Positions 1-10,215 of a DNA stretch of 64,000 nucleotides are shown here, in pieces. The stretch's first letter is position 1; the number at the start of each line of letters is the position of its first letter. Made by a program: the position numbers and the translations under genes. The notes under the pieces were generated by a model. The model did no database searches and had not been told where the DNA came from. It saw nothing but the letters and a program-made list of their open reading frames with translations. This stretch comes from Vicugna vicugna (lineage: Eukaryota): contig MU057801.1 of assembly GCA_013265495.1 (NCBI GenBank), positions 1,977,879-2,041,878 on the forward strand, read 5' to 3'.

Positions 1-183
1 ATGGCAGTTTAAAATTTAACAGCCACAACAAACGACCGGCAATCACCCCCCACCCCCACCCTCCTTTTAAAAAAAAGTCAGCCAAGGCACCGTCCCCTCC
101 CTCCCTCTCTCGCGCTCCCTCTCTCTCGGCTCCACTCCCTCGCTCCCTCGGCCGGCCGGAGGCGGTAGTTGGAAGTGGGCGGG
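1..183 (-). other. FOXA2: FOXA2 5'UTR / first coding exon (proximal transcript); the start codon begins at position 2 and the CDS continues beyond the left edge
   Basis: The reverse complement reads CCCGCCCACTTCCAACTACCGCCTCCGGCC...GGCTGACTTTTTTTTAAAAGGAGGGTGGGGGTGGGGGGTGATTGCCGGTCGTTTGTTGTGGCTGTTAAATTTTAAACTGCCAT. This matches the human FOXA2 mRNA leader before MHSASSMLGAVKMEGH, recalled from memory. Confidence 0.93.
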
Positions 184-314
184 AGGGCTGAGTCGCGGGA
201 GGAGGGGGCCGGAGGGTAGGAGGAGGCCCAGCGCCGGGCCCAGCTGCTGGGAGAGCCCGCTGCCCGCCGCCGCCGCCGCCGCGCTCGCGGGCTGCCCGGT
301 GGAGGCCGAGGCTG

Positions 315-484
315 NNNNNNNNNNNNNNNNNNNNNNNNNNNNNNNNNNNNNNNNNNNNNNNNNNNNNNNNNNNNNNNNNNNNNNNNNNNNNNNNNNNNNN
401 NNNNNNNNNNNNNNNNNNNNNNNNNNNNNNNNNNNNNNNNNNNNNNNNNNNNNNNNNNNNNNNNNNNNNNNNNNNNNNNNNNNN
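315..484. other. Assembly gap (170 N)
   Basis: Run of N. Confidence 1.
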
Positions 485-493
485 GGGGGGTGG

Positions 494-530
494 AGAGGAG
501 GAGGAGGAGGAGGAAGAGGAGGAGGAGATG
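494..530 (+). repeat. (GGA)n microsatellite
   Basis: GGAGGAGGAGGAGGAGGAAGAGGAGGAGGAGA next to the gap. Confidence 0.9.
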
Positions 531-661
531 GGGGGGCGGAGGAGGTGTGGACCGCGGAGCGGACAAGTGCCGCAGTGACGTGGGCGGCTGGTGATATAGC
601 GCGGCGCGCCGGCGCGGGCCTCCAATCCCCAGACCCGGGGCAGCCCATTTGAATAATCAGC

Positions 662-677
662 TCACACCTGGGTGAGA
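662..677. promoter_or_regulatory. Near-palindromic T-box (Brachyury/EOMES-type) site
   Basis: TCACACCTGGGTGAGA matches the palindrome TCACACCTAGGTGTGA at 14/16 positions, and the left half-site is perfect. Confidence 0.6.
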
Positions 678-1091
678 GGGAGCCTTGGCTGGCGCCCCGC
701 ACCTGCCCTCCGCGCCCGCCCCGCGGGCAGCGCCCGGACGGTCGAGCGGGGCGGGTGGGCGCGAGGGCTCCAGGGTCGAGCCCTCTCCCGCACCCCCGCC
801 CGTGTCTGCGGGGATTCCCCAGGGGAGGAGGGACCTGGAAGGAGGCCACCCCCTGGAGGGGCCCAGGGCTCTGACACCCCCATCCCGTCCTTAGCGCCCG
901 GCGCTTGGTGCTCCCATCCGAGGGCGCGTCCGGCCTCCTCGCCCTGTCTCCCCTCTGCAGAGCCCTCCCAAAGCCGCATTTATTTATCCCGGATTTCTTC
1001 GCTCTCAATGCCCATTCCCTGTCAAAATAACAAGCCGGTGACAGAGCCAATTTGCAAAGCGCTGTCGTACTTAGAAAAACTGTGTACACAC

Positions 1092-1310
1092 CTTTAACTC
1101 GCCCGCCGCTGCTTCTGGGTGGCCCCGCCCGTTACAGTTAAGACCCAGAGCGGCTCCGGGAGGCGCGCGGGGCGCCAGGTCCCGCTGCCTCGGCTCTTTG
1201 CCGCCTCGGAGCCCGGCCTCCGGGGCCCGACGGCGAGGCTGGCGGGGAGGAGCCCCGTCCCCACCGTCCGGGGGCCGGGAGCACGCGGCCCCGCCAGTGG
1301 CAGCGACGGT
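1092..1310 (-). other. FOXA2: FOXA2 upstream alternative non-coding first exon
   Basis: The minus strand ends ...AACTGTAACGGGCGGGGCCACCCAGAAGCAGCGGCGGGCGAGTTAAAG|GTGTGT, with the GT donor at 1091-1090. This resembles the recalled first exon of the human alternative transcript. The 5' boundary is estimated from promoter spacing. Confidence 0.8.
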
Positions 1311-1339
1311 TGGGAGACTATTTGTCTCTGACAGTCAGG

Positions 1340-1415
1340 ACGGCGTGTTTCAAGGTTACTTTTCAGTCACAACCGAGGTGCCCACAGCATTTCGTAACTA
1401 AAACAAACAGGGCGG
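1340..1415 (-). promoter_or_regulatory. FOXA2: FOXA2 distal promoter module with forkhead autoregulatory site and C/EBP/PAR-bZIP site
   Basis: The minus strand reads CTGTTTGTTTTAG (1410-1398) directly followed by TTACGAAAT (1397-1389), then GCTGTGGGCACC...GAAAAGTAACCTTGAAACA. This matches the recalled rodent HNF3-beta promoter. Confidence 0.82.
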
Positions 1416-3852
1416 GAGGAGACAGGAGTTCAGGAATCAGCAGCGGGGCACATGAATCCACCTCAGGGGGGTTTCTGTCTTCTCCGTTTTCCTGCGGGAC
1501 GGTTTTGTGAGAATGAGAAGTCCCGCAGCCGTACAGTCCTTTCTATTTGCGATCCAGCTTCTGAGCTCTAACCATCACCTGCCCTGGGCCAGCTGCCCAG
1601 ACCCCAGTGAGCCGGGGGGAGGGGTCACTACAGGTGTGTAGAGGGGGCCAGGCTTTCCTGGTTCTAAGAACCCGGCTGGGCCACGAGGAAGCAGCCCCCC
1701 ACCCAAAGAGAGAAAGACAGGAACCAGTGAGAGCCTGGCCCACCTGTCCAGAGTTGTGGGTAACGGTGGCAGAAGACAGAGGCGAGGTGGCTGGAGCAGA
1801 GCGCCCCGAGCGGGAGGACGGCGAGGGGCAGCTAGCGGGCAGCGGAGAGGAGCAGTGGGCGCGGGGAACCCCACCCCTGCCCTCCGGCTCGCGCGGCCTG
1901 CAACCTTTGAACTAAAGATGCAGACGCGGCTGGTCGGCCCAATTCATAGTGAGGGCGTTGATGGGCCCGCTGACCGAGATCCGGGGCAGCGTCCACCACA
2001 GCCAAAGTCTGGAGGCGCTGAGGGCTCCCAGGAGGGGCAGGCCGGGCCGGAGCGGCCGGGAAGTGCCGTGGGTGTATGCACGGGTAGCCTCGGTGAGAAA
2101 GGGGGGGGTGGGGGGGGGTGGGGGTGCATCTCGCACCGGGTCCCCGAGCGCGGGTGGAAACAACCTCGCTGTTCTCCCGGGGGCTGGGGTGCGCACTGGC
2201 GCTCAGAAGAGGAGTTGCCTGTTTTTCAAAGCTTTCTGAGCAGGCCCAGGGCAGAAACACACACACACCCGCACACGCGCACACACACCCTTCCTCCTCC
2301 CCGCGGGACCCTTCTTACATTCAGTAGAAAAGAGACGCCAAATCAGACAGGCAAACCCGCGAAACGACAGACGGCTTTCTGGTGTGCATGGGACTGAAAA
2401 CGCGGGAGTGTTCCGGTTAACGCCGTCCGCGCGCCCCTGTGAGCGCCCACTCCCCTCTTGCTCGTGACCGACAATGTGGTTCTAGAACTGACGCCCGAGC
2501 AAAGGAGCGAGCGCGGCCCGGGGCGGAGGGCGCGCCCCTCGGCGGCCGGGCTCCGGGCCCCCGGCTTCCGCAGTGACGCGGCGCCCCCTGTCGGCCGCGC
2601 GGCCCCGGGACCGACCCGAACCCTCCGTTACCCCCGCGCTTCTCGCCCCGCCACCCGGGAGCCCGCACCGTCCGGCGGCCTCTCCGAGTCTCTCCGAAAA
2701 CGCCTCCGAGGGGGCTGGCGTTTCCTTGGAGGCCCCGAGGTTCTGCGCAATCCCGTGCCGGCCGCGGCCGCCGGGGGAGGTGTCGTGGGCTCGGGCGGGG
2801 CCGGCCCCGGGGACCCTCCCGCCGCGCGCGGCCGCCCCGGGAAGCCGAGGTCGGGCCGCGGACGCTGCCGGAGCCCGCCCGGCCCCGCCGGCCGCAGGGA
2901 GCCGCGCGCTCGCGCAGCCCGGAGGCCCTCGGCGGCGCTGCCTCCCCTGCGCTCGCCCGCTCCTTCCCTTCCCGGCAGCTCTGGTTTCTAAAGTTTGATT
3001 CAGAGCGTCTGGCACGAAAGCCTCGGGCTGGAATGCTGTAAATTATGCCCGGAGCCTCTCTCCAGGAAAAAGTTCGCGGGTAACCGGGGCTGCAGACAGC
3101 CGTTTCCCCGGACCCCCCTCTCATTTGAAACCCCACCTGGGACAGAGACCTACAGAGCTTCTCTTGCTCAGGTCCCCCCTCTTTTCCGGCCTTTCTGTTC
3201 GGTGCTGCCGGGTATAAAGCCGCCTTATAGCCGACGGCTGCGCTCGGGGTCAGCGCCCTGGTTTTATTCCAGACGCTGCCCCAGCGGGCTGACTCGGGTT
3301 CCAGCCTAGGCCTTCTCCGTTCTTCCTGCAGCCCTCAGCCAGACTCCTTCTTCCCGGGGACGCTCTGTCGTATGAAAGCAGCCCCTGGGGAAGGCGGACG
3401 TCATCAACAGAGCCCAGCTTCCCTGAGCGATGACACCGAATACCGGAGGGCCGGGAGGCACGTTAGGTTGATCAATACTCCAATTCCTGAAGCCCTTTTG
3501 AGAGTAAATACCCAGGACAGGCCTTGCTTTAGGGCATCACCAGGCGGGTCTGTAGGTGAGATTAAGACACAGGAGTGGAGAAAGGTGATTTAGCCAAGTC
3601 TCGTGAAAATACACATTTTACCTTCCAATAACCTTTGGCTTGGGAGAAAGCAGACGCCCACTCCTCCGTTACCCGTAGGGTGGGATTTTCTGGGTAAATC
3701 CCGGGTCCTAATATACTACGAAGAGGCGTACAGTTGTGTCACAGGCTACAGTCAGCACTTCACTTTCTCTGGACTGTTATTTCTGAAATTTCATTTTTAA
3801 AAAATCAGACCATCAGAATTTGTGTACCTGGCACTAAACACTTCAGATGCTC

Positions 3853-3882
3853 TGTGTGTGTGTGTGTGTGCGCTCACGCGCG
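3853..3882 (+). repeat. (TG)n microsatellite with CG tail
   Basis: TGTGTGTGTGTGTGTGTGCGCTCACGCGCG. Confidence 0.9.
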
Positions 3883-6177
3883 CTGGTTTCCATAGTTCTT
3901 TGATGGCCAAATCCCTACTTGTTTATGGAGAGGGCAATTGAAAAGATAATTAGCAAAGAATATCTTTCAAAGGAGATTTATGTGAAAAAACCACAAGAAA
4001 GTGACGCTAAAATGGGCAGAAAGCAAGAGGAGACACTGTGAGCCCGAGCGCAACGCACTGCGCGCAGTCCCCTCCGCTGGGCGGGGGCCCCAGGAAAGGT
4101 GGCAAATCAGGAACTAGAAATCATGCTAAAATGAGGTAAACGAGCTGCCAGCACCCCCAGTTCTCAGGTGGCAGAATCAGGTCCTCAATCTACATTTTCC
4201 CCTGCAGTACTGTGGTACCACTTTATATGATTATTATTTTATTAATACATTGTTTTTATCACATTCTGGTGAAATATAGGATAAGAATATTAGATCCGAT
4301 GTCACAGAACCTTTAGCAAAACAACTCACGTGGGTTTTCATTCAGTTCTCACACATGAAAGCAGTTCAGGGAAGCCACCATGCCGAGACAGCAAGGGTGC
4401 GAGCTCTGAAAAACAAGCCAGTGCTATGTTCCCTGACCTGGGTCAGAAAGAGGACTGTGCCCTTCCTTGAGTTAAGGGAGGAAGAGAAGGCATATTCACG
4501 CCAACCACAGGGGGTCACTTCCTAGCCCGCCACTGCCACTGGGGAAGCAGGAAGGCTCTGTCCTCGGTCCTGTTGGGTGAATTTGATGGTCAGATCTCTT
4601 TCTCTGTGCACGTCGAATTTGATGGCCATTTGGAAGGTTGGCTGTGCTTACAGACTGTGCTCCATCGTGGGCTTGCTCAGCAGTGAGCTGACCAGTTGTC
4701 CACTCCACTCCCATCTGTGTGGGTCTGTGGAGGTCAGTGTTCTGCCAATTCAGGTCCAGGGTCTGACAAATATTTCTGGTATATACATACCTGGCATCCT
4801 GTCCGCTATTCTTGAGTTTTTAGCACATTTCTCCGGTGTGGGACTGTTATAGCAGATAATTAAAGTACTTGGATGAGATAAAAATAAAGAAACGACAACT
4901 TTGAGTAGCAATAATAACCTGTCACGTGAGTGAGAATAGACTTCTCTGTGAGGGATGCCTAAATTAGAGGAATCTGCATTTGTGGCCCTGAGAGCTATTT
5001 CGTACATCTGGGTGTTATTCTTGGAAGAAATCTGTTATTCTGACCAAAAAGGCCAGCAGTCAGCCTCCCAAAGGACCAGAGCCCTGGAGAATCAGTCTGG
5101 GATCTGAAGGCTCAGACCCAGACATTCCTTGTTAGGAACCCAGGAGATAGTTAAGAAGCGGCCCCATAGATCCAGGAGCTCCTGATTACTGACTTGGATG
5201 AACAAACAGACTCTCCGCCAGTGTGCAAGGGCCAAGGTAGGCAGGTGTGGAGACCGGCAAGGGGCCAGCAAGGCCTGGGTTCCGAGCCCCAGGCTTGTGA
5301 AGTGGTTGCTCCTTGCACCCGTCTCAGAGAGGTTCGGGGGCTCTGTGTGAGCGCGAGGGGATTAAGCGAGAGCTGCTCTAACACTGAGCAGCGGCAGTGT
5401 GGAGGAGTCTGTGTATTTTTGGTCCATTCAGCGACTGTTTTGTGAGGACTTGCTGTGTTCCCGAGGGAGGAGAGGCAGCCCTGGGCACGGCAGGCGAAGC
5501 CACATGCCTGCACGGGTCAAGTGTCTCCTTCTCTTACTTTTTCCTCTTCCTCCCTTCTTCGGCCACAGGTTCCAGGAGAACTTATTTCTCCTCTGTTTTC
5601 AAGTCTCCTTCCAACAGTGACCCAGGAGTTTCCAAGGGCCAAAACCCCACTCCAAAGGGAAGTCTACCTGTCACCATTCAGAACGAATGTACTTGCTGGC
5701 GGGGCTGGACTCAAACCTGGGGGAAGTGCGCTGCCTGTGTCCACCCAGAGTTGACGGGAAAACCACCAAGGCCTGGGTGCTCTGAAGCAGTCGGTGTGAT
5801 GCCAGCCCAGCGAAGCCGGGCAGGGGCATGCGGCAGGCCCCTCTGCCCCCCCCCCCACCGCTTGTCATCTGTCCAGAGCATCAGCTTGCCATCAAGTGGG
5901 TTCCAGGGGGGTTCTGGTTCTGGTTCTGGGAAGGAAGCGGAGGGTGGCAGGGAGGAGCTCCCACTGGCTTGGAACTTGCCCCGTGTGTGCAAGAACCAGG
6001 CACCTGTTTGTAAATCACGTGTCTGCATTCACTCTGCCTACTCTGCTTCCAAAAGCACTCCCAGAGGAAGGATGGTACAGCTTCCAGAAAAGTGGGAGCT
6101 TCGTTTTGACGGAGAGGGTTAGCAGATTACAGCAGCTGTGACCCACTGGGATTGGGGTAATTAGCCAGGCCTGGGAC

Positions 6178-6335
6178 CGCCCCTCAAATTTTTATGCGCA
6201 TACAAATCCCCTGGGGGTCTTGTTAAAATGCAGATTCTGACTCAGCTGGTCTGGTCGGGGGAGGGGCCGGAGAGTCTGCATTCCAACAGGCCTCCAGGTG
6301 TTGCCGCGGTCCCCGACCAGACTGCAGGTGGAAGA
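6178..6335. mobile_element. MER5A1-like hAT-Charlie DNA transposon relic
   Basis: CTCAAATTTTTATGCGCATACAAATCCCCTGGGGGTCTTGTTAAAATGCAGATTCTGACTCAG...TCTGCATTCCAACAGGCCTCCAGGTG resembles the recalled MER5A1 consensus. Confidence 0.8.
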
Positions 6336-9300
6336 GCGCTGTTGCTCTGACGCCTGGCAGTTGGTCCTGAGCTGGATGGTGAGCTGGGCCTTCATGGATG
6401 AGAAGTGGACAGTCCATCTTCACCTGCTCTCGGTTCTCCCCTCCTACTCACTCACAGCCGCATGGACCCTCCCCAGCTTCCCAGTGAGCACGGTTCAGAG
6501 CCTGTCCGCAACCTGCAGCCCAGAGGCTGGCGGACGTGCTCCCAGGGGCGTCCCCCTCCCCGCCCCCACCTGCCTTCTCAGCTTCCCACCCCTCCCACCC
6601 GCACCTCCTCTCCTGGGACCTCCCTGGTTGCCCGGAGGGGACCGGGAACCTACCGCAATGATCAGTTTGTGACACGGAAGCTATCATTTTCCAAGCAGGG
6701 AAAATGGCCCAAGCCAAGTCTCAGCTGCAGTCACCCCGCATCACAAATGCCCCTTAACTCTTGTCCCTCAGGAACAGGGCGCAGGGGACCTGGCTGATCC
6801 CTGTGAATCTGGTGCCGGGCTCGCCCAGGGAGGAAAAAGGGACAGCGCGCCCCTTTCCTCAACACCGTCTAGCCTCCTAGCTGACCCCGGTGTGCGTGGT
6901 TAAGGAGCAAAATGGATTCCGAAGAAGAGAAAGTCACAAGGAGACCTCTGCTTACTGAGTTTTGAACGGGGTTTGCATCCCCCCTCCCCGCCCCGGAAAA
7001 GACCTGGGCCTCTGCTGAAGGTGACTGGGGCCAGAATCCTCTCCCCCTGATGCTGGCCCGACGCTAAGCTGTAGCCGGGCTCCTGCGGGAGAGACAGAAG
7101 GAGACCAGGCGCCCTGCAGTAGCAACCCGCACACGCGCAGACGTGGGCCCCCTGCTGGGAAACGTGCTGTTTCTCTTGCTTTGCTGCCCAAACGCCTTCC
7201 AACATGTATTATAGGAAACGTTCAGAAACTAAAATTTGAGTCTCAAAGGTGCGAAGAATTAAAACTTCAGGTTGTCTCCTGAGTGTTTATTCCATTTGCA
7301 ATATGCACGCAGAACTGGGGCTAAGCCGCCTGTCCCCTGGGGGGTTCGAGCAAGTCATTCATTCTGAAAGGGGCTCCTTCCTCCAGGTATGAGTGGCTGA
7401 GTGGGAGGGACTGCACTTTTCTCTGTGTGCAAATTGTTTCTAGCACATTCATAAAAGCACAGGGAAAATCACTGTAAACACAGTAAGAATTTTGGACCAA
7501 GTACTTAATCCATGTTTGACTTTAGAGCAGTTGAGGACCAGGGCGGACAAACCTAGGGACACTGCAGCCGCTGTGAGAGCCTGGACAGGCAGTGCTAAGC
7601 ACGAAGCACAGACCTGCTGCATCGCCTCGTGGGTCGTGTTTCCGGGAGCAGGGAAGGGAGTGCGCGATGCCGACCCTGGGTGTTGCTTTATGTCACGTCT
7701 CCTGTGAACATGCTGCCTGTGCTCCAGGGAGTCTGCGTCAGCTGACCTGTGCCTTTCAAAATCCTGTGGGTTAGCTCTTCCCTTTAAGAGGAAACCTGGT
7801 CAGCTCATTCCTCTGCGTCCCCGAAATACAGTGCTAAGTAGACGCTAATGATGAGGAACACCTGGTCAAGGCGGGGGTCCTGCCGGGCCTGGGCAATGGG
7901 AGGAGGCTTTTCTCTACTCCCCTGTTTCTTTTCCTTTTTTTTCCTCCCTTTGAACACGTTGAACTTAGAAATGCAGAATTTTTTCTGTATGTTTATTCCT
8001 TGGGTTTTCTGCCCCCCCGGCCACCCAGTGTTTGGGATCTTCATGGTGGAAGGGGTAATAGTTGCATCAAGCTCGACAGATCCCCAGATCTTTCTCGGGT
8101 GGGAGTTCCCTTTGTCACCAAGGAAGGGGAGTGAGATGTTGAGGGCCAGCCTCAGACCACCCAGCCCTTCAGAGCCGACCCAGGCCCCCTGACCCAGCCG
8201 CGACCTGCTTCCGCGATGTACCGTTCTCTTCCTCCCCAAAGACGTTCTTTTTCTGAGACGCATGGGAGGAAAGGAAAATGCTCACAGGTAGCGTTCTCCT
8301 CTCTCGGTACTGAGTGTGTGCTTGCCGCTTACCTACGCGCCCGGGATCCCAACTCGAGAGGAACAAGGTTAAATGAGCGGTGGCCCAACTTGATCATGGA
8401 GGATTATGGAGCTGTTATAAGAACGATGTGAATCTCCATGTAGTCACATAGAAAGAAATCACATAGAAATCATGTGAAATCATACATCTGCTTTATGATA
8501 GAGGGTTAAATAATTGCAGGATGTGCGTAATTTGATTTAATTTTTGTAAAAATACCCCTGACGGTCTGCACAGAGGAGGCTCGAAGGCTGCACACCAGAC
8601 TGTAACAGTCACAGCCCGGGCAGCTGGGACTTGGGGGGCCGGGAGAAGGCTTCTGCTTTGCACATTATATTTTCCTTGTTGTTTTTTTCCCTTTAGCAAT
8701 TATATCTTCTGTCTTTTCATTAAATAATATTAAACAAACATTGAAAAGCATGGTCTTTGCCACTGGGCCCCTGACAGGCTGCACACAAATATTTCTGGTC
8801 CTCATTCATTGAACATGTACTTTTCTGTGTCTCGGTTTGGAGGGAATGAGCGAATCCACCGGAGAAGTGGCAATCATATTTGCAAGAAGAGCATCAGCCT
8901 GGGAACACCCGCAGGCCAGGGGACTTAGGAAGGAAACAGAAACCACTAAGATTGAATAAATCTGTCCTAATTTAAAAAATAAAAAAGTGGATGTCCCAGG
9001 GCAGACTCAAAGAGCCGGCTAGTACTTCAACTGCTTAATTGTTCATGGTCTTCAGGAAGGGGAAGGACTGACACGAAGCTCTCTGTGGTTTAGCTTAATT
9101 AATATTTATGACTGCAGAAGAAAATTAAATAAGGTAAACGGTGTAATTTTAAACAGCCTGTGGTCACGGCTTGCAGGGCTCACAACAAATTCAGAAGCGA
9201 GAAGAGAGAGTTCTGTGGGAATGGCATGATTTCAGTTTTCTCTCCCTACCCCCCGCCCCCCTCCAGCCATTTTTGCAGGGACCTCCGATGCTGACTTCTC

Positions 9301-9600
9301 AGTGCTACAATGACCCGCCTGGTGCACTTTTTTTTTGCATATTTTCTTTGTCTTTTTGACTGAATTGTCTGCAGGAAGATTTTCTTCCTTCAGGATGGGG
9401 GTGACGGTGAAGTCCAAGGACGTTAGCTCTGGAACCATCTGCCGTGGCTCTGCAGGGTGTTTCTAGGGTGTGCGTCTGCCACTCGCCGATTCTTTCCACG
9501 GTTTGATGATGCGAATTTTTCTGTCTCGGGAGCTGAGAGGTGATGAGATGGCATACGTTCCTGTAGTGGGGAATCCGGAAGTTGGTTCAACTTCTGCATA

Positions 9601-9720
9601 CTAATAAATGTTTATTGGGTGGATGGATGGATGGATGAATGGATGGGGGTGGATGGACAGATGGATGGATGGACGGGTGGATGGATGGATGGATGGATGG
9701 AGGGAGGGGTGGATGGAAGG
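9601..9720 (+). repeat. (GGAT)n microsatellite, probably grown from an L2 3' tail
   Basis: AATAAATGTTTATTG (L2 terminus-like) is followed by imperfect GGATGGAT repeats. Confidence 0.8.
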
Positions 9721-10081
9721 AAGAAGACAAATTGTATGCAACGTTGATTGAAAAACTTACAGTTTACCCTGGTTTTGGGGGGATAAAATTAGATTACGAC
9801 AAATCCTGGGTGAGTGCTTTTCAAACCTTAATTGACGGCTCATCAATGTGTTGTGACAGCAACCTTCTCCACTGAAGTGACCATCAAATAAAGGAAAGGA
9901 CTAGAATGGAATCTCTGTACATCTCACATAGAAAAGGCGTGCGTGGTTCTGAAAGACTGTTTTTGTTATAAACGTGTGTGTATCTGCAGCAGGATGGATG
10001 GAAAATCCTTCCTGACTGTGATTCTCGCCAAAAAGCCTGAGAGACCAGGTACACTGGCATCTGAGGGCTCTCCCCAAGAAC

Positions 10082-10215
10082 AGCTTCAGGTTTCTCATCT
10101 GAAATGGGGATGACAGCCAGACCCGTGGCCTGGGTGAGGATACAGGGAGCCGAGGCACGCGCTGGTGGCTCAGCCTGGCACCCGGCGTGGGAAGAACTCT
10201 GATCCGTGCTGCTGT
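10082..10215 (+). mobile_element. MIR SINE relic
   Basis: CTTCAGGTTTCTCATCTGAAATGGGGATGA...GGTGAGGAT resembles the MIR core. Confidence 0.6.

Larger units (their letters stand above)
100..3350. promoter_or_regulatory. CpG island covering the FOXA2 promoters
   Basis: Very dense CpG and GC content, especially at 140-950, 1100-1310 and 2400-2980. Composition becomes AT-richer after about 3.4 kb. Confidence 0.88.

Noticed and set aside
67..1089. 340-aa minus-strand ORF over the promoter
   Set aside because: It spans an N gap and a CpG island, is low-complexity Pro/Gly/Arg, and is not FOXA2 protein sequence.
1756..3136. Overlapping 140-240 aa ORFs on both strands
   Set aside because: Stop-codon depletion in a GC-rich island; no recognisable domain.
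5397..6122. 241-aa ORF
   Set aside because: Non-ATG start, no domain and no exon context.
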